Origin: Lama glama
Taxonomy: Eukaryota
DNA length: 64,000 nt
Direction: 5' to 3'
Assembly: GCA_028534125.1 (NCBI GenBank)
Contig: CM052816.1
Coordinates: 79,362,001-79,426,000 of the forward strand
In this document: piece after piece, positions 13,261 through 25,239 of the stretch
Layout: each line of letters begins with the position of its first letter
How positions within the stretch are numbered: position 1 is the first letter of the stretch
The notes under the pieces: model-generated
Databases searched by the model: none
Told to the model about the DNA's origin: nothing
The model's input: only the letters and a program-made list of their open reading frames with translations
Program-made: the position numbers and the translations under genes

Positions 13261-15232
13261 TATACTGTAACCCTTTGGCTCCTTAATTACACTTTCCACT
13301 GAACTCTTGACGGCAGGATCCATTTCTTCTTTATTACTCTGTCACCAGTGCCTATCACAGTGTCTGGTATTCAGCAAGCATGAAATAAATAATAAAAGAA
13401 TATGTGAATGAACCAGATATTTTAAAAGGATAGAGTTCCTTCTGTCTAAAATGGTTTAGGTGGGGTCTTGCTTAAGATGAGGAGAGTAAACTGGCAAAGT
13501 GATCTTTCAACGCCATTCAAATCTTACATACTAAGAAAGAAAAATCTAAAGAAATGAAAGAATCACACATTTTCTCAACTTAAAATTTTCTTAACTTAAA
13601 ATTTTCCAAGTCAAGGATCTATTTAGCTTACTCAGTTCTGACCAAAGCAAGTAAGAACTATAAAATCAATGATTTCATACTAGTATTTATGATTTAGAAG
13701 AACCTAATCTAGTAGTTGGCTCAGTTCACCTCAGACCTAGAAATATACAATTAGAAATACATATAAAAGGAAAAAAATCACATCATGCTTTAATACCAAT
13801 TTCTGAGGATAGAGAAATAAGATTATTTATGTGTACATGTGTGAAAAACTTGACTAATAAAGGCATTCTCCATGCAGTAGTGAAGAAAAGGCATTTTTGA
13901 GACTAATTTTCAGTCAAGGGTCTAGAAATAAGAAAACTATTTAGAGGCTAACATCAGTTTTGATAAATTTGCCAGAATCATTTGCCATGTAACTCTGAGA
14001 AGGAATCGAAAGAACACAAGCTGGATTGAGTTTCCTTAAAAAATTATTGCCATTGGTTTCCTTCGATTTTGAAACACACAATAAATGCCTCCTATGGATC
14101 ATCAAGAGTGGAGCAGGAGGAAGCCCTTGCAGGTTATAATCAGCTTTCAGTGACCCTCTCACCCTCAGGTCTTTGTGTGTCCTTAATAACTTGTCAAACT
14201 TGTCATGATCTTGAAAGCAAGTCAGACTGATTTGAGCTCGGGGCCCTGCTCTGCCACCAGATGGTCATGACTGGCAGTGCTCTTCTCCAGGCCTCAGACA
14301 TCCCTGAACAGGAAGAGGGAGTTGGCTGGACAAGCAGAATCATCACGACTGTCTGCAGAGCTCCTCCTCCCTTGTATGAAGAGTAGTAAATTCTCTCTTT
14401 TGAGACTGGATGGACAGCATCCAGTTTATACTACTGGGCTCAGCGGCTGAAGTAATATCTAATGATTTTGTCATTTTACTTAGGTAAACAATGAGAGGAA
14501 GATCTCAAAATTATACTAACAAAATAAGGTAGAATGTGACCTTGGACAAGTCAAGTGTTCATGCTTTAAATTTCCACCTATAAATAAAGGCACTGGGATA
14601 GATGATGGTCCCCAAGTCTCTCCTGGCTCTGAATGTCATTGTATTAGTAGTAACAGCAAAAATAAAAGAATGATGTTACCATTTGTTAAAAGGCAGTTTT
14701 CTAAAAAGGTAAAATCAAGACTCTCAAATGTAAAATGACATTGTCTAATTCTTCAGTTAACAAGGGACCTAGTAAGATGTTACAACTAGTTCAAATGAAG
14801 ATCTAAATAATACCCATATTTATAGACAGGAATGCTGAAAAAGATGGTCATAGATGGAAAACTGGTTAGTATGCATAAAGCAATGTAGTATTTGGAATCA
14901 TCTTTTTGAAGTATAGAAATTAATTGTATCTTGATTGAATAAAATTCATTTGCATGTTTATGAACAAGAATCATTTGAATTACTATCAGTTCTCTAAAAT
15001 TTATAGACTTATAAAAGAGCCCAGTCAAAGCCAATGCAAAGCAGAGACTCCTGTGAAACCAGATCCTCCTACGGATCCAACAGACAATACTCAGCCGTCT
15101 ATTGAAAGGATGTCCAATAATCTTTTGCTCATTTCAAAGTCTTCCACTATTTTTCCTGATTTATTTATTACATGCTTAGCATCATGCACCAGATTCTATC
15201 CTAAGTGTTGAACATTTATCTCCTTTAATACC

Positions 15233-16097
15233 TGTGATATTGTGATATATAAGAAATATATATTTGGTCTTCATCTCTGGCTCCTGATACAGAGCTTTGA
15301 AAACCTTTGTAATTTTCTGAGTGACAGTGGTAAGAGGAGCATTTTTTGTTATTCATAATAAGCCCCTTTCAAGCTTATCTGAGTTTATGCCAAAGAGGTG
15401 AATCTTGGAGGGTGGAGCCCCATTCCCTCAGAACCCAAATGCCTAGAGGGCTGGAACTTCCAGTCCTACCCCTGATCTCTAGGGAGCGGAGAGGGGCTAG
15501 AGACTGGTCATCAATGCTCAATGATTCAGTCAGTCATGCCTACATAATGGAACCTCCATAAAAACTCTAAAGAAGGGGTTCAGAGAGAGCTTCTGGGTTG
15601 GTGAAATGCATCCACATGCCAGGAGTGTGGCACACCCCAAATTCCATGGGGACAGAGGCTCCTGAGCTTGAGACTTTTCCAGACTTTGCACCAGGTACCT
15701 CTCCATCTGGCTATTCATTTGTATCTTCTATGGCATCCTTTATAATACAACAGTAATATCAACTGGTTTGCTATAAGTCATTATAGCAAATCATCAGATC
15801 TGAGGAGGGGTCATGGAAACCCGCAATTTGTAGCCAAGTCAGACAGAAGTCAGGGTATCCTGGGGATCCAGTACTGGAGACAGGCATCTGAAGTGGGGAG
15901 AAGTCTTGTGGAACTGAACCCTTAAACTGTGAAAGTCTGTGATAACTCTGGGTAGGCAGTGCCAGAACTTGCCAGAATTGAATTAAATTGTAGGACACCC
16001 AGTTGGTGTTTTCTGAGAATCAGAGAACTGGATGGTGTGGAAAACCCACACATTTGGTGTCAGAAGTGTTGTAAGTAAAGAAACAGTTTTCCTTTAA
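15233..16097 (+). mobile_element. MER21-family solo LTR, inserted into a MIR
   Basis: Begins TGTGATATTGTGATATATAAGAAATATATATTTGGTCTT; internal cataaaaa, gagagcttctgggttggtgaa; ends cacatttggtgtcagaagtgttg...gttttcc; MIR halves on both flanks. Confidence 0.8.
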
Positions 16098-16773
16098 TAT
16101 GCACAACATCACAATGAGGCATTCTATGATATAGGTTGTGAAACAGAGGTTTAGAAAAATGAGGTGCCTTGTCCAAGGTCAAATATCTCATAACCTGGAA
16201 AGCCAGGGATCAAGAATATGTGCTTTTACATAGTTACATAATTAATTTATGGAATAAAGTAATATTTTCATTTCAACAATGAAAAGAGGTTAAATAAACC
16301 ATGAATTTTGGTAAGACTATTCAACCCCACTGTGTGAGAACTTCCGCCAACTGACACCTGCTCCTCAGAGTTAATACACAATCCATGGGGAGGATGTTCC
16401 CAGACCCTTGCTTGCAGCACCAATGTTGTTAATGAACTTCATTAGGGCGACACACCGAGAACTACTAGATAGCCATAGGATGCTTGCAAGTCTCAAAAAG
16501 GGCTCGTCTATGCCAGGGGAGCAGCCAAGTTGATGGGAGGGTTCAGTGACATGCTGGCAGTCGGCAGGGAATTCTCCGCTAGTCCCAGGCTTGGGCTCCG
16601 GTGCTGAACATGGATAGAGCTGGAGGCAACTGTGCTGTGCTAGATAATTCTTTGGAATGAAATGCATTCTTCATGAAATTGGAACATTCACTGTTTCAGT
16701 CAAAGAAAAACAAAGGGCTTTGTATTACTTAAAAAAAATTTTAAAAAAAAAGGAGAAAAAGTGTCCAGCTTAC

Positions 16774-17030
16774 CCATGATGTCATTCATGCGATTCAGTG
16801 AGAAGTTGTCTGAAATGTCTAACAACATGACAAAATCAAAGGCAGAAGGGGGAAGAGGCACTTCTCTGGAAGTCGTAGGGTCAACAGCCAGTGTGGATAT
16901 TTGTAATTTCTTTCCCTCCATTTCTATGAGGTGTCTGTTGCAGCCTGTGAGCGCCTCCTCCAGGAGCTTTGCTTGGTTTAATGTCATGGGAAAGCCATCA
17001 AGGATCCAGCCTTTATATACAGGTATCTGA
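16774..17030 (-). CDS. SPEF2: SPEF2 coding exon (exon 16 equivalent), 257 nt, adenylate-kinase-like ILDGFP motif
   Basis: tctaatttag|TCAGATA...ATCATGG|gtaagc; QIPVYKGWILDGFPMTLNQAKLLEEALTGCNRHL...AFDFVMLLDISDNFSLNRMNDIM. Confidence 0.96.
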
Positions 17031-18869
17031 CTAAATTAGAAAAGGACAAGCCATTAACATTTTGATAGAACAAGTGTCTTAGAAATAAGAATACAATGAA
17101 TCTTGCCTTATCTTTCTTTTAATTCCACAGTAACCTCATTCTGCAGGAATTTTATTTCTTTATGGCTAAAATTAGGTTTAGTAATGTACCACAACACTCC
17201 CTTGCTCAAAATCCTTCTGTGGGTCCCTGCTGTCCTCCAAATCTATTCCAGAAGCCATAACATGGTATTTAAAAAGAACTGGACTTTGGTGCAGCCACTA
17301 TGGGAAAACAGTATGGGGAGTCCTCAAATTAAAAATAGAATTACCATATGATTCAGCAATTCCACTCCAGAGCTTAGGAAAGCAACCTGCATAGAATGGG
17401 TTTGCTGATTCATTGGCCTCAGATGAAGAGGACAAATTTCTTGAGCACTTTACCAGGTTGGGGGGACCTCTTCTCCCACCTCCAGTCTCAGGAGCTACTT
17501 CAGAGGGAGGAGGAGGTCAGGACCACACTGCTCTGCCACAGTGCGAGGACACCAGAGGACAGGGCGTGAGGAGACCTGGGCTTTGGCTGTGGCTACACCA
17601 CTAACCAGCTATGTGACTGGACTGCAGGACTGAACTGCTATGTGCCCTCCTTTCCTCACTGAAAAAGGATGCATTTGGACTAATTGAAAGGATGTCAAAC
17701 TGATGACAGTCCTCTAAAGGTGCCTGAGGGCAAAGGGGATGGCGGTGGCAGTGGTGGGAGGGCAGCGGACTTCAGAGGGTGGGGTGTGGATGCTCTAACG
17801 TCACTGAAACCAAAGGTAAGAGCTGCTTTATAGCTAATGCTTTTCATATACAATTTTCTTTGAACAAGGAGTCCTATGGCTCAAACATGCTTTATTTTAG
17901 TTCTGAGAAATGTTGCAGCTATTAGCATGAGATCCCTTCCAGCTCGGAGGATAGCATCCCTGCGGCCTGGTTTCTTCGCCGTTGTATTCAAAGAGTAATC
18001 AATCCAAGATACATCACAACCGAGAGGCAACTTAAATCTTTAATGAGGTCTCTTAAGAAAACTGTAAAGGAGGGCTCCTCCATTCCAGAGGCACAGTAAA
18101 ACTCCTCTAAAACCTCTTTTCCTCACATCTCTCAGCCTTAATGTTTCCCACGCAGCACAGCTACCCTAATTCCCTCCTCCACTCTAAGCTCTGCCGAATT
18201 CATTCACAGTAACCTTTTGATTCTTTTTTTCCATCCTGCTCAAACCTATCTCTTTAGTATATGGATCAACCAAGCCTTTATGGCTTTTAATTTCTTTTCT
18301 CTATTGCAAAGGAGGGCAAGGAGAATTCTTTAATTCTCATAAAGAAGGAGAGAAAAGGCTACAAAATTATACCTATTTTGATTTTCTTCTTCCCACCACC
18401 ACACATCATCTCTGGGCTGTGCATATATGTTATTCTTTGCCTGTGCAACCCCTGCTTCTCACTGCCTTCCTGCCCAGCACTGCCCAGCCTTTGGATCCCT
18501 GGGGTCACTCCCTCCTCCTGAGACACAAAATGGGGAATCTCACTGGCCCATGACCACACAGGTAGGGTCTCTCCTCTCCATCATGTCCCTCAGCTTTTCC
18601 AAGTACCTAATTTCTCCTTGAACTCCCCCCACAGAATAGAACTTAACCTGAATTCACATCTGAGTGAATGAAGTCAAGGTTGGTAAAGGGTTGAGAGTGA
18701 AACACAGGCATCGAAATCACAAAACGTATCTTTATCCTGCTGTATGTTTTCTCATGTAGATGAGTGGCATACATTAGATTTAAAAAATATTTCTCTATTA
18801 TTCTTTACACTGCTCTATCTGAGAAAGAACATTTTAAATAGATACAAAGATGAAAAGTGTGACACGTAC

Positions 18870-18973
18870 TTAATAGCATTTACCATGATGCTGACGAGCA
18901 ACACATCAGATACGCACTTTCCCTTCTTCAGCAACCTTTCTGACTTTGCACCAAGCTGAGCACGCACAGTGAA
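18870..18973 (-). CDS. SPEF2: SPEF2 coding exon (exon 15 equivalent), 104 nt
   Basis: tcttcacag|TTCACT...ATTAA|gtacgt; FTVRAQLGAKSERLLKKGKCVSDVLLVSIMVNAI(N). Confidence 0.95.
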
Positions 18974-19499
18974 CTGTGAAGATAAACAATGTGGTAAAGA
19001 ACAGCTCATTTAAAAGTCATATTCTGGGTATTTGGAGAGGAAAAAAATTAAATGGTCACGTCCCGTGAAGACATCAATCGTTTAGCACAGTTCTGGAATC
19101 GACCAAGAAGTAGGGGAAAATGCGTATGTGGGTTTGGAGGCCCCTCCTCTGGCTCCCTTCCTTCCAAGATCCTCCTCTTTAATTTTCAGCCAAATTTCAT
19201 ACTCTAATATCTTAAATCATAGAGATTGGGGCTTTCTGCTTGAGTGCTAGACACTTGCGCCAGGCAGACAGCGCACGCCCTCTGGCATAACCTGTAAGTC
19301 TGGCTTTGGTCCACTGAAGTTCTCTTCTGTCAGATCACACACATTTTCCACCTAGTTTCTGCTGTTTGCTTTTCTGCTGCCTGCTTTTGGCCCTCAGATA
19401 CTTAGCTTCTCTGCTTGCCCAGCATTTATGTTGTTATCTGTAGGAGGGCTAGTCTAATAAAGCTACTCCAGGTCAACAGGAACATCCCTCTCGGCTGTT

Positions 19500-20035
19500 G
19501 TTAACTCAGCCACCAGCGGGAGCATTTTATGTCACATGACATTATGTCTCTACTGAAAACCCTGCAGAGCCTCCCCTTTTCACCCCAAATGTCCTAACCA
19601 TTGTGCATGAGGCCCTGGTGAACCTGATTCTTCTTCCGTCCCATCCATCCTCTCACCTCATCCCTTCCTCTTCTCCCACCTTGAGGACCAACCACCTTTC
19701 TGCCTCAAGGCTCTCGTCCTGAAATGCTGCCCTGGATCCATTGGCTGCTTCGCTCAGCTTTTCAGTCGGCTTAAATCTCACTCTCTCGACGTAATCTCCC
19801 TCACTCTACTTTTTCTTTTCTGACGACATCATCACCATTTAATGGGTCATATAATTCATTTATTTGTGTGTTTGTGGTTTATTGTCTGTCTCCCTCTTTC
19901 AGAATGTAAACTCCATAAATTCCAGGAGTCCTGTCTTTCTTGTTCATCACTGATAAACCACCCCGACCCTGAATTACAACAATGCGTGGAACATACTATG
20001 CCTTTTGAATTGAATTGAATTGAATTGAATTGAAT
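19500..20035 (+). mobile_element. L2a 3' end followed by a (GAATT)n microsatellite
   Basis: ttattgtctgtctccc...agaatgtaaactccat...ttgttcatcactg; gaattgaattgaatt at about 20006-20034. Confidence 0.7.
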
Positions 20036-20875
20036 ATGGAATTTGGGGGACCCCCTAACTCAACAAATGTAAATATAAAAATACACTTAGCTTTTCTTCT
20101 AATTTATACCTCAATATAGAGTAAAAATTATAAGTCCCCCTTTATCACTTTCTCTAAAACCATTTCTCTCCCCATAGGTCATCATGTGTACAATTTGGCG
20201 TGTTTTCTTTTAAAAAATTTTCTAACTTTAAGCAGTTTTGAAATTTAAAATATTACAAAATTGTCTTCCTTGATGAAACACATAAAAGTAATCAAATATA
20301 CTTTTATTTAGTTTCATTCAATAGAATTCCACATGATTAATCTGACCATTCTATTTGATGACAAAAAAAAATGTTTCCATATACAGTAAAGCAATATTTC
20401 CAATATATATGGAAATATTATTTTCCACAAGAAGCAATAGTCAGTAAATTGTTGTAAACATTTCAGAGATTAATAAAAAATGTAGAGTCATCAATAAGTC
20501 TAAGAATAAATTCTGGCAAAAACTCTTTAAAGGTAAAGAGATTGTGAAAGGAAATAAAAGTCATAAATTAAGTGGTAAAGAAAAACACATAAATATAAAT
20601 TTGGTATTAAGTCTAAAATTTTTAGAAGCATATGTTTACTTTTTTACCTGGCAGAACTGAAAGCAATTTTGACAGCTTTAGATATAAAGAATATTAAAAA
20701 AATAAAAAATATTAAGTAAAGACAAATTTATCTAATATTTTACCACTAGATTTATTTTAAACCAAAGAGGAGCACATGGCTATTTCATTTCATTTGCAGA
20801 CAAAACCAAAAGACACTTAGACAAATCTAACACATTTCAGTATATGAGTAGCCAAAATTAGATTATAGTACTTAC

Positions 20876-20937
20876 TTCAGAGAAACTATCACTTGCTATG
20901 ACTTCTTCAGCTTTTGGTGATTTTTTATTATTGGTAC
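20876..20937 (-). CDS. SPEF2: SPEF2 coding exon (exon 14 equivalent), 62 nt
   Basis: ttcctgttactag|GTACCAAT...TCTGAA|gtaagt; TNNKKSPKAEEVIASDSFSE. Confidence 0.92.
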
Positions 20938-22294
20938 CTAGTAACAGGAAAAGTGATAAGAACATACTCTGGTATTTAGAACTAACATCCATGTTAGTAT
21001 CTAACTGTCTATGGCTTTGGACATACAGGATATTGGATTCAGCTATGCCTGAGACACTCAGAAGAAGGAAGTAACAGGATCACTGCAGCATGGTTTTCAC
21101 CTTCACTGCACAACATTAAAGTCCTAGACACTGTATGGCATCGGGTTTTCTCCTCTCTTCCTCCCAGCATGGCTCACTCATAACAATATCATTAGAAATA
21201 CTTTAATACAGTTTGGGTTTTCTTGCAGAAAGACAAGACAAGATCTCAAGAAAAGTCATTAAAATGTTAATTTGTTACATTTTGACTTAACTGTATCATC
21301 AAATTATAGGTAATAAAGATGTCTGAAAATGGAAAGCTCTAGAAGTTAGAGGGATTTTTAGTTAAATTCTATGGGAAAAAATAAGTTTTCAGAGTCTGTT
21401 TATAATTAACTGAACTTTTGTAATAGAATATGTCATAAAATATGATAGTTTAAAAAATCAATTAAAATTATCTTGTAAGAAACAACTGAAATAAGGAACA
21501 GGTTATATCCTCTTAAAAGGTGGAAAACTTGACTGCTCTGGAAGAGCTGCCTGCTCATAATGACTGTACACTTTGTCCAACGGTGATGGCAGTAATGGTG
21601 ATGGCACAGGAGGGTTTTATGCCAGAATACAAGACAGCTATTGAATATGGCAAAGCCTTACTAGCACAAGTAGAAAAGATACCTAAGACTTAAAATTGTT
21701 TTCTCTCTGGCTCTACCAAGGATCTGAAAGACTAAAAGCTCAGATCCCAAGGGGAGATAACTTTTCCTTGGGTTTGGGAAGCTTGGTTCTATTTGCCTTG
21801 CCCAAGGCTGGGAATAAACATAACTTTATCTAAGGGACCACTGTTCAGGTGGGTGACAGAGGCAGATGGCAGCTCCCCCAGTGTGGTGAACAAAGCAGCA
21901 GCATGAGCACGGCAGTGCTCACCCAGAGCCGCAAAGTGAGAAGAAACAATAAGCCACTGTCTCCCTGCCGAGCGGGGAAGAGTGACGATGATTTACCCTG
22001 AGCTGTTTTCAAAAACCACAACAAAACTGAGCAACTACTTGAAGGAGTGTGAGAAGATTCCTTTGAAACTTTCATCTCTTTTCCCCAGTTGTAGACAGTG
22101 GTCAGGGATGTCTGTGTTTATCTTGCTGTCTGTCACATGACCATGTAGACAACCACGCAACCCACCCACCCCCATCCCGTCTCTCCTTTCTTTTCCTGAA
22201 AGTTTATTTGTCCTCACATCCATGTGCTCTTACTCTTTGTCTATCTGTCTCTCTTGTGTAAATGATGGATGATTTGTTTTGATAGCTTACTTAC

Positions 22295-22355
22295 CAAGTC
22301 TGATTTTATCTTCTGTTTCTGATAATAGTTCAGCTGAAAATACAGTATGCAGATC
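22295..22355 (-). CDS. SPEF2: SPEF2 coding exon (exon 13 equivalent), 61 nt
   Basis: ttttctccccaaag|GATCTG...AGACTTG|gtaagt; DLHTVFSAELLSETEDKIRL(G), similar to recalled human DPQHVFSA...LPETEGETML. Confidence 0.88.
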
Positions 22356-22552
22356 CTTTGGGGAGAAAACACACACACACACATGGACACACAGGGAGAG
22401 ATGTATCATTGTTATACTTCAGTAACATTTTAAATTTTATTCCTATAAGTAAGGTTTGAGAAAAATAGACTATTTCATCTAAAACATTAATGATATTAAG
22501 AACTGAGTGAGTTCTGGAAACAACAAAATCTGATGATAACTGGGCACAAAGC

Positions 22553-22626
22553 TGGCCCACCACCCGGGATGGCCCACCACCCGGGATGGCCCACCACCCA
22601 GGATGGCCCACCACCTGGGATGGCCC
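22553..22626. repeat. 17-bp minisatellite, about 4.4 copies (TGGCCCACCACCCGGGA)
   Basis: Units at 22553, 22570, 22587, 22604 and a partial one at 22621, with 0-1 mismatches each. Confidence 0.95.
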
Positions 22627-22654
22627 CCCAGACAAGCTGGCGGGGAAGGTTAGA

Positions 22655-22773
22655 ATTTCCCTCTTTTTATATAAGTACCCATGTAATATCCTCCATGTTG
22701 CCTCTGGGCCCATAAAACTTAAAATATTTACTCTCTGGTCCTTTACAGAAAAGTTTGCCAACCCTTGGTCTAG
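22655..22773 (+). mobile_element. MER58-like hAT-Charlie fragment
   Basis: aaaatatttactctctggtcctttacagaaaagtttgccaacccttggtctaga is the MER58 end. Confidence 0.75.
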
Positions 22774-22849
22774 AGGAACTTTTACATGTCATCCAGCTGG
22801 AAATGTCCAACATACAAGGTGCAGAAAAGCAGGCTAAAATCACACTTGC

Positions 22850-23004
22850 CTGGCTTTCTTTACCAGGCTTCTGCTGAACTGGTAGAGCCTTTTCTTCAGC
22901 TGTTTGCTTCTGTCGTGTGACCTCACTGACCTTTTCATTGTTGTGAAATGCTTGGATAGCTTCTCGGACAAGAGTGTCAATAGAAAGTACCTGAATAGGA
23001 AAGT
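22850..23004 (-). CDS. SPEF2: SPEF2 coding exon (exon 12 equivalent), 155 nt, ends at a GC donor
   Basis: gtattttag|ACTTTCCT...AGCCAG|gcaagt; (N)FPIQVLSIDTLVREAIQAFHNNEKVSEVTRQKQTAEEKALPVQQKPGKESQ; the GC donor gives the phase 0 that the next exon needs, the nearby upstream GT does not. Confidence 0.9.
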
Positions 23005-23139
23005 CTAAAATACAAAAGACAGTTTTACTGATAGCTTTTCATTTAGGAAATTGACATCATTATTCTTCTGTGCTGGCTTCACCCTTTGAACACTCTCTTT
23101 ATAATTCTTTAGAAATGTCTTTTGGATCAAGATGCCTTT

Positions 23140-23880
23140 TTTTTTTCACTATTGTGGTAAAATTCACATAACATAAAATCAACTATTTTAACCATTCTAA
23201 AAGATACAATTCAGTGATATTTAGGTCATTCACAATGTTGTCCAATCACTACCACCATCTTTCTCCAGGAAATTTTCATCATTCCAAAGGAAACCTTGTA
23301 CCCATTAAGCAGTCAAGCCCTATCTCCCTACCCCTGCCCCTGGCCAACTCATTTGCTTTCTGTCTATGGATTTGCCTAGTCTAGATACTTCATATCCATG
23401 CAGTCATGCTATATGTGACCTTCTGTGTTTGATTCCTTTCATTTAGTATGTTTTCAAAGTCCATCCATGTTGTAGCATATAAGAGTACTTCATTCCTTCT
23501 ATGGCTGAATAATATTCCACTGTATGGATATATCACTCATCAAAGCATCAGGTGATGGACATTTGGATTGTTTCCACCTTTTGTATATTATTGATAGTGC
23601 TGCTATGAATATTACTGTACAAGGTTTTCTGAACCCCATTTTCAGTCCTTTGGGCATATACCGGTGGTGGAATTGCTGGAGTCATATGGTAATACTTTAT
23701 TTAACTTGTTAAGGAATCACCAACTACTTTCCATAGTGGCTACACCATTTTATATTCCCACCAGCAATGTGTGAGAGTTCCAGCTTCTCTATATCCTCAC
23801 TAACATTTGCTGTTTTCTATTTTTAAAAAAAATCATGCCCATCCTGATGGGTGTGGAGTGATATCTCACTGGGCTTTGTT
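23140..23880 (-). mobile_element. L1 (L1MB-like) 3' region
   Basis: T-run then attgtggtaaaattcacataacataaaa...ttccttctatggctgaataatattccac...tccatagtggctacaccattttatattcccaccagcaatg. Confidence 0.85.
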
Positions 23881-24505
23881 ACGCTGCTTTTTAAGGAGAT
23901 GTTTTTAACACCTCAACAATGCCCTACCCTTCTCTGCCTTGGACTGTAATAAGATGGACTGGCCTCAGTGCAAATTTTGAGTTTTCCAATGAAAACAGTA
24001 ATAGGTAAGTATTATTGAAGACAAACTAATTAAACAGATGGAAGTCTGTGATTTTGCTTCTAACTGGAAGAGCTTCTACAGAAAAAGCCAAAGGCTCAGT
24101 AAAGAGAGGGAACTCAATCAATGTGAAGAACTAAAACACTTACAATTTTAAGTGGATTTCTTTTGTATTTGTGACAAGTTACTACTTTCCTACTCCATCT
24201 ACTGGTAAAGTAAGTAAAACCTGTTAAGTTTAAGGCTTGTTATTTCTCTATGCTGTGTGCCCTCATTATACAGCATGCTCGTATATCCCGCTTTCCCTGG
24301 GACAGTTGTGGTTTATGACTCTATACTCCTAAAAGTGTCTGCCTTGGGCGTTAAATTATGTAATTACACCATCATAAAATTCTTGATGACACAACTTCCC
24401 AATATATTAGCAGATACTTTATGTTTTCTATAGACATAGCCATCTGCAGCTATAGTCATTGGAAATAGAATCCAATAAATAAAATAAATAAATAAGAAAT
24501 TTTAC

Positions 24506-24725
24506 TTTTTTGTAGAAAGTTTAGAGCAGTAGTTTTTCCACTTAATGTTTTCCCCAACAAGCACCCTTTTATAGCAAATGAAGGTAACTCAGGTACTGTT
24601 GATTCAACTTGAGGAGGAAGAGAACTTTCAATTAGTCTGTGAATCACGTGGCCCAATATGCTATTGTTGGAGGGTGGTAAATTATCAACCATTTCTTCTG
24701 GTAAGGCCCATTCTCCAACCATGTT
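24506..24725 (-). CDS. SPEF2: SPEF2 coding exon (exon 11 equivalent), 220 nt, contains the P-loop of the adenylate-kinase-like domain
   Basis: ttttgcag|AACATG...CAAAAAA|gtaaaa; NMVGEWALPEEMVDNLPPSNNSILGHVIHRL...GCLLGKTLSGKTTALNFLQK (Walker A GxxxxGKT). Confidence 0.96.
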
Positions 24726-25239
24726 CTGCAAAATAATAATGAAACACACAGAACAGAAATATTCTTGAAAGTGGAATTTAAGCATGTAGGAAATATGAAA
24801 ATTGAAAGTAAATACAAGTTATAGTAAACAAAAGGAAATCAATACTTCAAATAATTATATTACTAAAATGTGTAATCACATGAATAACACTTTCAGATTA
24901 GAGAGTGAAAAATGACTTTTTATATAAAAGGAAAAAGGAAAAAGCCCTCTAAAACACATAACTTATGAAAATAGGCATATTGAGTTAATTGAGATAAACT
25001 CTAAAGCAGATTGAGTATTAAGACACTAAACTGGTATCATCATCAGTAGAGAGATAAAAGACAGTAGTGGTTCTTCGGCTCTCCTATGCAAGTACAAAGC
25101 TTATTTTAAAATGCTTTAAAGTAAGACAGAAAAAAGAGAAATTTCATGCCCAATATGGTGTCCTCTCAGTTTACCAAGTTTGACTCCCAGTTTCTTCAGG
25201 TTTCTTGCTTAAAGGATCAAACAATTAGCAAGAAAAAAA

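Noticed and set aside
14330..14450. Possible extra SPEF2 exon after ttacttcag in intron 16
   Set aside because: The frame hits a stop after about 34 codons, and exons 16 and 17 already join in phase
22553..22626. Array of GLI-like CACCACCC(A/G) motifs in a ciliary gene
   Set aside because: Imperfect match to GACCACCCA that arises simply from tandem amplification
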